Source: an uncultured Chloroflexia bacterium (GTDB taxonomy: Bacteria; Chloroflexota; Limnocylindria; Limnocylindrales; CSP1-4). Taken from it: a DNA stretch of 64,000 nt. The notes under the pieces were generated by a model that was not told where the DNA came from, did no database searches, and saw only the letters and a program-made list of their open reading frames with translations. The stretch spans positions 260,440 to 324,439 of the forward strand of contig CAVVJX010000005.1 of NCBI GenBank assembly GCA_963748675.1. The letters are read 5' to 3'. The translations under genes and the position numbers were made by a program. Positions 37,268-47,055 of this stretch are shown here, piece by piece. Numbering within the stretch: the first letter of the stretch is position 1; each line of letters starts with the position of its first letter.

Positions 37268-37359
37268 ATTCACCCCGTGAAATCCGCGGGACCGGGCGAG
37301 GGCCTGGGGCACGCTTGGCCCGGGCGTTGCGGCCGTCTCCGAAATTTCACCCGGTGAAT
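37268..37359. promoter_or_regulatory. pair of 16-bp palindromic sites (candidate operator) upstream of the glycerate kinase gene
   Basis: ATTCACcccGTGAAAT at 37268-37283 and ATTTCACccgGTGAAT at 37344-37359. Each has a TTCAC-N3-GTGAA core, and they are 76 bp apart centre to centre. Confidence 0.4.
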
Positions 37360-37407
37360 GTGGCGTGAGCGGTCGGGGACGAAGAGCGCCAGCCGCCGGC
37401 TCGGCGT

Positions 37408-37947
37408 TCACCGGAGGTCCTTCCAGAAGAACGTGGTCGGGGTCGGCGTGCCGTCCGTCGCCAGGGCGTGGTTCGGCATGACGCCGAGCTCGACCCAGCC
37501 CTGCGATCGATAGAAGGCCTCCGCCGCGCTGCCCGTCACGGTGTCCAGCATGAGCATCCACCGGCCCTCGGCGCGTGCCCGCTCCTCCGCGGCGGCCATC
37601 AACGCCGTGGCGATGCCGCGCCGCCGGGCGGTGCTGTGCACCAGGACCTTGCCGATCTCGGCTCGATGGGGCGAGTTGGGGTTGCGCGAGCGGATGAGCA
37701 ACGTCGAGCCCACCACGCGCTCGTCGTCGAGCGCCACGAAGGCCGAGATGACGCCGTCGCGCACCTGATCGATGCGCTCGGTCCACCAGACGGCCGTCTC
37801 CTGCGCCGTCACGCCCGCGAGGAAATTGACCCCGGCGCCGCTGTCGACTGCGTCGACGAGCAGAGCCGCGAGGTCCGGGATGGCCGCCCGATACCCGGCC
37901 GCGTCGAGCTCGCGGATCGTCACGGGCGGGGAGGCGCGCTCGGTCAC
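37408..37947 (-). CDS. GNAT-family N-acetyltransferase
   Basis: Acetyl-CoA-binding motif LVHSTARRRGIATALMAAAEERARAEG. The GTG start at 37947 overlaps the upstream stop (GTGA). Confidence 0.8.
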   Translation of the reverse strand: MTERASPPVTIRELDAAGYRAAIPDLAALLVDAVDSGAGVNFLAGVTAQETAVWWTERIDQVRDGVISAFVALDDERVVGSTLLIRSRNPNSPHRAEIGKVLVHSTARRRGIATALMAAAEERARAEGRWMLMLDTVTGSAAEAFYRSQGWVELGVMPNHALATDGTPTPTTFFWKDLR

Positions 37948-39890
37948 CGGATGGTCGGTTCGAGTCCTACGCGGCCCGCCGCGCGCCGGCGCTCCAGGTA
38001 TTCCGGGATCCGGATCATCGGCGGTCGCTCCTGGTCGGCGAGCTCGATCACCTCGAGCGACAGGCGGCCCTTGCCCGAGCGCGGCAGCTTCATCGTGGAG
38101 CCCATCTCGGCGAACAGCCGCACCTTGCGCCGCTCCTCGAGCCGCTTGATGACGGCTTGGAGGATCACGAACGACATCCGCGACAGTCCCTCGAGCTCCT
38201 GGTTGCGATGGACCCGCCGTTCCAGGTCGACCTGCCCGAGGCCTTCGATGCCGACGCGCTCCGCCGCGTCGATGAGGTGCCCGATCTCGACCGCGTAGCC
38301 CGTGAAGAACGGGATCGACTCGAGCAGCGACCGGCGCCCGGCGTATTCCCCGGCGAGCGGCTGGATCAGCCCGGACAGCTCCGGGTAGAAGAGGTTGATG
38401 AGCGGTCGCGCGACGAGCTCGGTGACGCGGCCGCCGCCGCCTTCCTTGAGCACGCCGTCGGTGACGATGGGCCGCTGGTAGTAGCCCTTGACGTACTGCA
38501 GCCGCGGCTCGTGGAGGAGCGGCCCGAGCGTCCCGTAGACCATCCGGTGATGCCAGTTCTTCACGTCCGTGTCGGCCCACACGACGATGTCGCCGGTCGT
38601 CTCGTAGAGCGACTTCCAGAGCGCCTCGCCCTTGCCGCGGAACGAGCCGTAGCGCGACAGGATGTCGGGGTGCTGGACGACGCGCGCGCCCTCGGCCTCG
38701 GCGATCTCGCGGGTCCGGTCGGACGACGCCGAGTCGATGACGAGGACCTCGTCGAGCAGCGGCACCCGCCCGACCATCTCGCGCATCGCGCGTCGGACGA
38801 TCGGGCCGATGGTCTCCTCCTCGTCGAGGGTGGGGAACACGAGCGAGACCGTGACGCCCTGCTTCTCCTTGAGCTGGACGAGGCGCCGCAGGTCGCCGAA
38901 CTCGGCGTGATGGAAGTTCGATTCACCGAACCAGCGCTCGACGCGGGCGGGAACGGCGCGGGCCTCCTCGGCTGCCCGGTCGGCGGCGGCGAGCGACTCC
39001 GCCTTCGAGGCGAGCGCGTCGAACGTCGTGCGGCCGATGGCCTCGCGGGTCTTGACGACCACCACGGTCGGCTTCGCGCGCGCGGCGATGGCCTCGGGGA
39101 GTGCCCCGAACAGGTACGAATCGGCACCCTCACCGCCCGGCGCGGCCGATGCGCCCATGACCACGAGATCGGCCTTCTCGGCCTCGCGCAGGATGGCGTT
39201 GCGGACGTTGGGGGCCTCGCGCAGGACGGCCTCGCCCTTGCCCTTGAGGTGCTGCTTGATGAACGTGGTCAGGGCGCGTTCCGCCTGGGCACGGACCGCC
39301 ATCGTGATGCCGGCCGGCACGAGGTGGAGCACGACGACCGTGGCGCCGTGGTACGTCGCGATGGCGTCCGCGAAGCGGATCGCGAGCTCGGCGTGGGGGC
39401 CGCCGCGGACGGGCACGAGCACGCGTTTGATCTCCCGCGTGCCCCGTTGCTTGACGACCACGATGTCGCACGGGGACTCGCGCACGACCTCGTCGATCGT
39501 CGGGGAGAACACCGTCGGACCGCCGTTGCGGCCGTCGCGGCCAGCGGCTGCCTTGCCGCCCCAGCCGAAGATGATGAGGTCCGACTCCTGCTCGGCGGCC
39601 GCCTCCGTGATCCCCTCGGCGGCGTGCCGGCCGATGCGGACGATCGGGTGGATGGCCGTCCCCGCCGGGGCGTAGTCGAGCACCTTCTGGAGCAGCCGCC
39701 GGGCGTGCCGGGCGCGGGTCGCGCCCTCGGACAGGGGCATGCCCTCGGGGACTTCCACGATGCCGAGGGCCGACAGCTCCCCGGCGCGCGGATCGAGCAT
39801 CGCCGCGCCGAGACGGATCAGCTCCTCGGCCGTGCCGGGATTGGCGACCGGGATGAGGATCCGGGCGGGGAGCGGCGAGCGCGGGCTCAT
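37944..39890 (-). CDS. gpgS: tandem universal-stress-protein (USP) domains fused to a glucosyl-3-phosphoglycerate synthase-like GT-A glycosyltransferase
   Basis: Two USP-like modules (ILIPVANPG...DLIIFGWGG...CDIVVVK and VLVPVRGGPH...DLVVMGAS...PTVVVVK). The GpgS-like portion follows: VSLVFPTLDEEETIGPIV...VLVIDSASSDRT...RGKGEALW...VVWADTDV...GGGRVTEL...PLAGEYA. Confidence 0.75.
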   Translation of the reverse strand: MSPRSPLPARILIPVANPGTAEELIRLGAAMLDPRAGELSALGIVEVPEGMPLSEGATRARHARRLLQKVLDYAPAGTAIHPIVRIGRHAAEGITEAAAEQESDLIIFGWGGKAAAGRDGRNGGPTVFSPTIDEVVRESPCDIVVVKQRGTREIKRVLVPVRGGPHAELAIRFADAIATYHGATVVVLHLVPAGITMAVRAQAERALTTFIKQHLKGKGEAVLREAPNVRNAILREAEKADLVVMGASAAPGGEGADSYLFGALPEAIAARAKPTVVVVKTREAIGRTTFDALASKAESLAAADRAAEEARAVPARVERWFGESNFHHAEFGDLRRLVQLKEKQGVTVSLVFPTLDEEETIGPIVRRAMREMVGRVPLLDEVLVIDSASSDRTREIAEAEGARVVQHPDILSRYGSFRGKGEALWKSLYETTGDIVVWADTDVKNWHHRMVYGTLGPLLHEPRLQYVKGYYQRPIVTDGVLKEGGGGRVTELVARPLINLFYPELSGLIQPLAGEYAGRRSLLESIPFFTGYAVEIGHLIDAAERVGIEGLGQVDLERRVHRNQELEGLSRMSFVILQAVIKRLEERRKVRLFAEMGSTMKLPRSGKGRLSLEVIELADQERPPMIRIPEYLERRRAAGRVGLEPTIR

Positions 39891-41285
39891 CCGGCGCCCT
39901 CCGCTGTCTTGGCGGCGGTCCAGCGTTCCACGAGGTACGGCTTCGTCCGCTCGAAGGTGCGGGCCTGGCGCTCCACGCGATCCTCGGCTTCTTCAGTGGT
40001 CACGTTCCGATTCTCGATCACGAAGCTGCCCACGCGCCCGAAGTAGATCGGGACGAGCGCCGCGACCAGGGTCTCGAGCGGATGCTTCGGGTTCCGAGCC
40101 GTCACGACGAGGTCGTAGATGACCCGTGACCAGACGTCGTCCGGGAACTGGAACGCGCTGACGGCCTCGGCCATCACCTCGGTCGTCGCCGTGGCCGACG
40201 CCACGTCCTCGCCGATCCCCAGCTTGGTCCGGGCCGCGTCGCCGATCCGGCCGGCGTCGGCGGCGAGCTCCATGACGGACTCGAGCGTCGCGGGCGCCAG
40301 CATCGAGCCCCACAGGTCGGCCAGCGTCATCGAGCCCGTGTGGAACTCCGACAACAGCCGCAGCGTGTTCACGTTGAGTGGCGGCGGGTCGATGATCCGC
40401 TCGAAGCCGTAGGCCGGGACATCGTGGCTGCCCTTGATGTCGAGCCAGTGGCCCTCGTGCTTCACCGCCAGCCGCAGGATCGTGCCGACGACCTGGCGGA
40501 ACATCGGCCCCAGGTCCGAGCCCGGGTCCTTGGGGTCGTGGATCTTGGCGCCGAGGCGCGTCTGGCAGACCGCGAACCCGCCGGCCAGCGCCGAGGTCGT
40601 CATCCAGATGTCGATGCCGAACTTGCTGACGTCGTCGGTCCAGTCGTCGAGCGTCAGGTAGTGCCGGACGAGATCGCCGCTGACCCCGAAGTCGCCACCG
40701 ATCGGCTGGCGGATGCGGTGGCCGTACAGCGCCCGGGTCAGCGGGTAGGTGACGGTGTTCGTGATCGTGCCGTCGTACTTGTAGCGGGCGTAGAGCGGCG
40801 CCACGAAGTCGTAGCCGCCCTTGAGGATCGGCCCGGACAGCAGCTCGATCCATTCGGGCACGATGCTGCGCAGGTCGGAGTCGACGACGACGAGCGCCTG
40901 GACCTTGAGCGCGGCGGCGATCTCGAAGATCGTGCGCAGGGCCGCGCCCTTGCCACCGACCCCGTCGATCTCGGGGTAGGTCAGGCTGACGCGCGAGAGC
41001 TTGTGGCTCGGGCGGACGAGCAGGATCTGCTCGATGTAGTCGGGCGGCTCCGTATCGATGACGACGCGGCCGGTGCCGTCCGGGGAGCCCGCGTCCGAGT
41101 TGACGACCACGGGTCGCAGGTCCGGGAAGTACTGGACCAGGCCGGCCTGAGCCGCGCGCACCACGTAGCCGATGGTCGCAGCGTTCTTGAAGCTTGGGAT
41201 GCCGACCATGATGTCGGCTTCACCGAGTCGGGCGATCTGTTCCCGCACGGCCGGAGTCAGGGCAGTCTCGGGCATCGACCCCACC
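39887..41285 (-). CDS. GT-A fold glycosyltransferase of unassigned specificity
   Basis: IMVGIPSFKNAATIGYVV...GKGAALRTIF...ALVVVDSDLRSI (DxD-like)...QPIGGDFGVSG. The stop overlaps the start of the USP-GpgS gene (39887-39890). Confidence 0.65.
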
Positions 41286-41336
41286 GTACCACCCCGCACG
41301 GGCGGGACGCCTTGCAGGTGCGCATCCGGGCGCCGC

Positions 41337-42044
41337 TCAGCGGCGCGGCATCGGCGTCGTGATCCAGTCCGGGGCGACCTCGCCCGGTCGATAGCGCGAG
41401 TTCGCGCCCTTGTACGCGAGGCCACGGAAGCCCATCTCGCGCCACGAGCCGATCCACGTGTCGACGGGCGGACGGACGAACATGCTGGCGCGCACCAACG
41501 GATCACCCGGCAGGACCGAGGCCAGGAGCCGCTTGCGCTCGAGCAGCGGGACGTCGAGCAGCCACTCCCCGTCGAGCCAGAGCAGGTCGACGGCCACGAG
41601 GTTCACCGGCTCGTCCTCCGCGAAGCGCTGGGCCGCGCGGTCGGCCTTGTCGTCCTCGGCCTGTTGTGCACGATCGAGCACGCGACCGCCCACCAGCGCG
41701 CGCGTGAGGAGCTTGCTGACCGACGGCATCGGCATGATGCCGGGGCGCAGGCCGGTGTCCTCGCCGCTGATCATCTTGGTGACATAGGCATCGAGGATCA
41801 CGCTCGACGCCGTGCCGGCCACGGCCCGGGTGAGGGCCTGTGTGAGCTCCTCGTGCCCGAGGATCTCGTCGCCGTCCTGCAGCAGGGCGGCCGCCTCACC
41901 CTGGGCGGCGGCGATGACGCGCAGCCCGGACCAGAGCGGCTCCACCACGGCATCGGGGACGTGGTCCGTGCGCCCGGCGCCGTACTCCTGGAGGCGGAGC
42001 TGTCGTGCCAGCTGGATGGCGTCGTCGTCGTCCATCTGCGGCAT
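41337..42044 (-). CDS. ATP-dependent DNA ligase-like protein lacking the motif I lysine (probable pseudoenzyme)
   Basis: ATG at 42044 follows GGAGGG. VEPLWSGLRV sits where ligases have EPKWDGxR. LVAVDLLWLDGEWLLDVPLLERKRLL and GLAYKGANSRYRPG resemble ligase motifs. Confidence 0.55.
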   Translation of the reverse strand: MPQMDDDDAIQLARQLRLQEYGAGRTDHVPDAVVEPLWSGLRVIAAAQGEAAALLQDGDEILGHEELTQALTRAVAGTASSVILDAYVTKMISGEDTGLRPGIMPMPSVSKLLTRALVGGRVLDRAQQAEDDKADRAAQRFAEDEPVNLVAVDLLWLDGEWLLDVPLLERKRLLASVLPGDPLVRASMFVRPPVDTWIGSWREMGFRGLAYKGANSRYRPGEVAPDWITTPMPRR

Positions 42045-42078
42045 CGTAGCCCTCCGGGCGACGCGTATCATCCGGCTC

Positions 42079-43455
42079 GTGGCCACTGCCGCCCCGCCCA
42101 CGGGTCCTGCCCCGCGCGCCGGCGGTCTCGCCGCCCTGACGCCGAGTGGCCGCGCGGTCGTCCCGGTCGCGTGGGCCCTGTACGACCTCGCCAACACCAT
42201 CTTTACGTATTCGGTCGTGTCGTACGCGATGGGGCTGTGGGTGATCGACCGCCTCGGACCGGCCGACGGGCAGTTCTGGTTCGGTGTGGCGGCCGCGGCC
42301 AGCGTCCTGCTGAACGCGATCGTGTCGCCGATCCTGGGAGCGATCAGTGACCGCGGAGGCAGGCGGTTGCCGTACCTGCTGGTCTTCACCGCGATCACGG
42401 TCGTGGCGACCGCCCTGATCGCGTTCGTGGACGCGGCCGCTTTCGGCCTGCTGCTGTTCGCGATCGCGAACTTCGCCTACCAGGCGGCCCTCATCTACTA
42501 CGACGCCACCCTCCCGGTCGTGGCCAAGCCCGAGGCACGGGGACGCATGTCGGGCATCGGCGTGGCGGTCGGCTATATGGGCACGCTGATCATCGCCGGC
42601 CTGATCCTGATCACGGGCTCCGGGGCGGAGCCGCTCACGTTCCTCATGGCCGCGGGCCTGTTCACGGTCTTCGCCATCCCGATCTTCGTGTTCGTGAAGG
42701 AACGAGCCGTGAGCGACTACCGGTTCCAGCTGCGTGACGTGCTGTCGTCGTGGTCGCAGCTCGGAACGACGATCCGCCACGCTTCGGAGGTCCCGGGTCT
42801 GATCCGGTTCCTGGTCGGGCGGTTCTTCTACACGGACCCGGTCAACACGGTGATCGTCGTGATGAGCGTCTTCGCCACCGAAGCGATCGGCCTGTCGAGG
42901 GCCGACGTCAACATCGTCCTGTTGCTGCTCACGGTCGTGGCCGTGTTCGCGAGTCTCGGCTGGGGCCGCCTCGTGGAGCGGATCGGACCGAAGCGGACGC
43001 TGATCATCGTGCTCGGGACGTGGTGCGTTGGCCTGCTCATCGTGGGTGCCGTCCTGTCCTTCCCGACGTTCCTGATCGGTGGCGCGCTGCTGGGCGCGGG
43101 GCTGGGCGGGGTCTGGACGTCGGACCGGGTGTTCATGCTGCGGCTGTCGCCGCCGGACAAGGTCGGCGAGTTCTTCGGCCTGTACGGGATCGCCGGCAAG
43201 TTCAGCGCGGTCACCGGGCCGCTGTTGTACGGGGCGATCGTGTCGAGCCTGCTCAACGCCGGCTGGGGCGCGGGGGCGTACCAGGTCGGCATCCTGAGCT
43301 TCCTCGGGCTGATGCTGATCGGGGTCGCGCTGCTCCGGGGTGTGCCGGAGCCGCCGGACCGGATCCCGACCGAGCCCGTGGTCCCGCCGCTCGCGCCACC
43401 GGTCCGCCTCGCCCCAGCTGCCGCGCCGATCACGCCCGGCGATCAGTCGGAGTAG
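42079..43455 (+). CDS. MFS transporter (UMF1/Atg22-like by resemblance)
   Basis: N-terminus WALYDLANTIFTYSVVSYAMGLWV and about 12 TM helices. The GTG start at 42079 is tentative. Confidence 0.75.
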   Translation: MATAAPPTGPAPRAGGLAALTPSGRAVVPVAWALYDLANTIFTYSVVSYAMGLWVIDRLGPADGQFWFGVAAAASVLLNAIVSPILGAISDRGGRRLPYLLVFTAITVVATALIAFVDAAAFGLLLFAIANFAYQAALIYYDATLPVVAKPEARGRMSGIGVAVGYMGTLIIAGLILITGSGAEPLTFLMAAGLFTVFAIPIFVFVKERAVSDYRFQLRDVLSSWSQLGTTIRHASEVPGLIRFLVGRFFYTDPVNTVIVVMSVFATEAIGLSRADVNIVLLLLTVVAVFASLGWGRLVERIGPKRTLIIVLGTWCVGLLIVGAVLSFPTFLIGGALLGAGLGGVWTSDRVFMLRLSPPDKVGEFFGLYGIAGKFSAVTGPLLYGAIVSSLLNAGWGAGAYQVGILSFLGLMLIGVALLRGVPEPPDRIPTEPVVPPLAPPVRLAPAAAPITPGDQSE

Positions 43456-44442
43456 CCGCCCTGGTGCGCCTGACGCCACGCCCAGGCCGAGCCGACGATC
43501 TCGTCGAGGCTGGGCCGGTGCGGCCGCCAGCCGAGGATCTCCCCGGCCCGCGCCGCCGACGCGACGAGGACCGGTGGGTCGCCCGTCCGCCGCGGGCCGA
43601 TCTCGTGCGGGATCGCGTGACCGACCACGCGCTCGGCGGCGGCGAGCACCTCGAGGTTGCTGAACCCGCCGCCGTTGCCCAGGTTGCAGATGACGGCGCC
43701 GCGGGCGGTGCGCTCGTCGTCGCGGGCCGTGGCCTCGATCGCCCGCAGGTGCGCGTCGGCCAGGTCGGCCACGTGGATGTAGTCGCGGACGCAGGTGCCG
43801 TCGGGCGTCGGGTAGTCGCCGCCGAACACCGTCACCGGGCCGGCCGGCCTCGAGCGCGCCGAAGATCGCCGGGATGAGGTGCGTCTCGGGGTCGTGGTCC
43901 TCGCCCAGCGCCTCGGTCGCGCCGGCGACGTTGAAGTAGCGGAGCGTGACGCTGCGCGTGCCGTAGGCCCGGGCGTACCAGAGCAGGGCGCCTTCGAACG
44001 CGCGCTTCGTCTCGCCGTACGGGTTGATCGGCCGGAGCGGGGCGTCCTCCGTGATCGGGGTGGCGTCGGGGACGCCGTAGACGGCCGCGGTGGACGAGAA
44101 GACCACGCGATCGACGCCGACCTCGCGCGCCGCCTCGAGCAGCGTGATGCCGCCGGCGACGTTGTCGCGGAAGTAGCGGGCGGGGTCTTCGATCGACTCA
44201 CCGACCAGCGAGCGCGCCGCGCAATGGAGGATCGCCTCGACGTTCTCGGCGGCGAGGAGGCGGGTCACGGTGGCGCTGTCGCCGTAGCTCCCGACGTGCA
44301 GCTGCGCCCCCTGCGGGACCGCGGAACGATGCCCGGTCGTGAGGTCGTCGAGGACCACGACCTCGTGGCCTGCCTCGAGGAATGCCTCGGCTGACACCGA
44401 GCCGACATAGCCGGCACCGCCGGTCACGAGAACCTTCGTCAT
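43443..44442 (-). pseudogene. galE: UDP-glucose 4-epimerase with one frameshift (pseudogene or 1-nt assembly insertion)
   Basis: N-terminus MTKVLVTGGAGYVGS...YGETK in one frame. From about 43845 the sequence continues as VTVFGGDYPTPDGTCVRDYIHVADLADAH...GGYSD in another frame. Removing one G from CCCGGTGAC restores the frame. Confidence 0.8.
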
Positions 44443-44658
44443 ACCCCGAACGATACGGTCCGACGCGGAACGGCGTCAGCGACGGATTTCGGGCTCGTCA
44501 TCGCTCGCAGCGATCGAATTCAGGTTGAAGGCTCTGTCGACGGCTCGAACTAACGGTCGCTACCGCCCTGGACACCAGATCATCGCGGCCAGCGATGGGC
44601 GCGCCGTGGCTGACGCATCGGTCGAGATCGCGTCCGGTCCGAACGACCCTCTGGCGCA

Positions 44659-45102
44659 CTATCTATCGCTGCGAGCAATGCGGCAGGGGACTGTCAGCGG
44701 CGGCGGAGCCGATCCAGGATCGAACGGCGGCGGCGTCTGGTCATGGAGCCCGGGGCCGCCTCGGGCTTCGCAGCCGGGCCGAGACCGGAGAAGCCTTCGG
44801 CGGCGCTGCGGAACAGGCTCGATCGGCGGCTCCGGGACGGTCTCGCCGCGGGTGCGCATCACCTCGTCGAGACGGGTGACGAGCCGTTGGGCCGCCTCGT
44901 TCTCCGGGTCGATCGTGAGGGCCTTGCGCGCGAGCAGGTAGGCGCCCGCGTCGTCCGCGTGCTCGAGCGCCACGCGCGCGAGGCCGACCACCGCGATCGA
45001 ATTGGCCGGATCGCTGGCAGCCACCTGCCGGTAGAGGCGCTCCGCCTCGTCGACGCGGCCGAACGACAGGGCCCGCTCGGCTTCGAGGAGAAGCTCGATC
45101 AT
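44659..45102 (-). CDS. TPR-like repeat protein
   Basis: GRVDEAERLYRQVAASDPANSIAVVGLARVALEHADDAGAYLLARKALTIDPENEAA. The ATG overlaps the cca stop (ATGA at 45099-45102). The C-terminal third is low-complexity, so the 3' end is uncertain. Confidence 0.45.
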   Translation of the reverse strand: MIELLLEAERALSFGRVDEAERLYRQVAASDPANSIAVVGLARVALEHADDAGAYLLARKALTIDPENEAAQRLVTRLDEVMRTRGETVPEPPIEPVPQRRRRLLRSRPGCEARGGPGLHDQTPPPFDPGSAPPPLTVPCRIARSDR

Positions 45103-46464
45103 CCCGCCTTCTCCGAACTGAGCCTGCGGCGAGCGAGATCGAGCAGGCCCTCCCGCGTGTTGACCGACGGGTCGGCGATGACCCGCTCGAGCAGCCAATC
45201 CAGCAGGCGCCCGAGGCCGGGCCCCGGTTCGATGCCCAGCTCCGACATCAGGTCCGAGCCATCGATCGCGAGGCCGCTGAGGTCCAGCGCCACGCCCGCG
45301 TCGAGCTCCTTGGCGACCCGCGCCCGGAGCTCGTCCAGCCCACCGGCATTCGGTTCTCGCCCAGATCCGATGTGGTCCGCCTCGCGCAGCAGAAACTGGT
45401 CCTCCAGCTCATCGCGCGTGATCTTCACGATGAACCGGCGGACGGCCGCGTCCGACCAGGTCGGCTCGTACCCGAACATGTGGTGGCGGACGAGACGCAC
45501 GATCCTCTGGCGCTCCGCCACGGGCCAGCGCCAGTCGTCGAGGAGCTTGTCCGCCAGCTCCGCGCCGACCGACTCGTGGCCCAGGAACCGGCCGTCCGCC
45601 ATCGTCAGCGGCTTGCCGATGTCGTGGAGCAGGGCGGCGAGTCGGATCCGCGCCGGCTCCTTGGCCGCCCCATCGACTGCGCGGAGCGTGTGGTCCCAGA
45701 GGTCCTCGCCGGGGACCTTGTTCTGCGGCACGCCGGGTTGCGCGGCGAGATCCGGGGAGATGGCGAAGAGCAGCCCGGTGTCGGCCATGAGCCGAAGACC
45801 GACCGACGGACGATCGGCGGCGAGCAGCCGCTTCATCTCGATCGCGATCCGTTCGCCCGACAGGTCGGCGCACGTTGTCGGCCTTCTCGCGGATCGCCGC
45901 CAGCGTCGCCGGCTCGACCTCGAAGTCGAGCGTGGCCGCCAGCCGGACGGCACGGACCATGCGCAGGGCGTCCTCGTGGAAGCGCTCGGCGGGGTCGCCG
46001 ACGGTCCGCAGGGTCCGAGCGGCGAGATCGACCTGGCCACCGTGCGGGTCGACGAGCCGCGGCGGCTCGCCGGGCTCGGCGCCCCAGGCCATCGCGTTGA
46101 CCGTGAAGTCGCGCCTCGCCAGGTCCAGCTCGATGGACTCGCTGAACTCGACCCGATGCGGCCGGCGGAAGTCGGCGTAGTCGTGGTCGGAGCGGAAGGT
46201 CGTGATCTCGACCTCGCCGACGTCGGGGTCCTCGGTTCGGACCGCGACCGTCCCGAACTTGTTCTCGTAGACGGCGCCCGGGAACAGCTCGAGCGTGCGT
46301 TCGGGCAGCGAGGCGGCCGCGAGGTCCCAGTCGTCGGGCGGCCGGCCCTGGAGGCTGTCGCGCAGCGACCCACCCACCACGTAGGCCGCGTGGCCGGCGG
46401 ACCAGAGCGTGCGGAGCAGGCCGTGGACGGCGTCCGGGATCGACTGCTCGAGTTCGGTCGACAC
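45099..46464 (-). pseudogene. cca: CCA-adding enzyme / poly(A) polymerase-family nucleotidyltransferase with HD domain, one frameshift
   Basis: The N-terminal part (YVVGGSLRDSLQGRPPDDWDLA...RRDFTVNAMA...ERFHEDALRMVRAVR) is in one frame. From about 45875 the sequence continues as DLSGERIAIEMKRLL...AALLHDIGKP...HHMF in another frame. Confidence 0.75.
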
Positions 46465-46481
46465 GTCGCCCGCTCGGGGCG

Positions 46482-46997
46482 TCAGTTCCGCCCGAGGAAC
46501 AGGTACGTGCGCCACGCGTCGTTGCGCTCGTCCACGAGGTACGGCGTGAACAGCGAGTAGATGTCGCTGCGTGGCTCGTGCGGCTCCCGCTTGAGTCGAA
46601 GCCGGGCCTCGTCGAGCGTCTTGCCGCCCTTTCGATGGTTGCAGGGCTTGCATGCGGTGACGAGGTTCTCCCAGCTGTGGGCCCCGCCTCGGTGGCGCGG
46701 CATCACGTGGTCGAGCGTCAGGTCGTGGGTCTGGCGGCCGCAGTACTGGCACGTGTGTCGATCGCGCGCGAAGACCTCGCGACGGCTGAGCTTCACGCGG
46801 GGACGTGGCCGGCGGATGAAGTGCTGCAGCCGGATGACGGAGGGCGCGCGGAACTCCGTCCGCGGCGTCCGAATCATCTGGTGGTCGTACTCGATCACCT
46901 CGGCCTTCTCACCGAAGAGCAGTCGGAAGGCCCTGGGCAGATTGCAGACGTTGAGCGGCTCGTAGTTCTGGTTCAGAACGAGAACGACGCCGTCCAT
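46482..46997 (-). CDS. HNH endonuclease-family protein
   Basis: CQYCGRQTHDLTLDHVMPRHRGGAHSWENLVTACKPCNHRKG. Confidence 0.8.
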   Translation of the reverse strand: MDGVVLVLNQNYEPLNVCNLPRAFRLLFGEKAEVIEYDHQMIRTPRTEFRAPSVIRLQHFIRRPRPRVKLSRREVFARDRHTCQYCGRQTHDLTLDHVMPRHRGGAHSWENLVTACKPCNHRKGGKTLDEARLRLKREPHEPRSDIYSLFTPYLVDERNDAWRTYLFLGRN

Positions 46998-47055
46998 GGT
47001 GGGCGGAGGATAACAAGTTCACCGCAGCGTGCCGTGAACGTGTGGTTCGAGCGGC

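Noticed and set aside
41896-43442. Distal 500 codons of the 848-aa minus-strand ORF that begins as galE
   Set aside because: This is wrong-frame read-through after the galE frameshift at about 43845. It runs antisense through the MFS transporter gene and is Arg/Pro/Gly-rich with no domain features.
44443-44658. Intergenic regions checked for tRNA, tmRNA or other small RNA genes (also 3114-3386, 26176-26566 and 37212-37407)
   Set aside because: No cloverleaf-compatible sequence or GTTCGAATC-type T-loop was found. I can support no RNA gene.
46482-46997. HNH endonuclease considered as part of a defence or homing element
   Set aside because: It is a stand-alone small HNH protein in an apparent operon with cca and a TPR gene. 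There is no methylase, ATPase, intein or intron context and no flanking repeats, so I treat it as an ordinary conserved gene.
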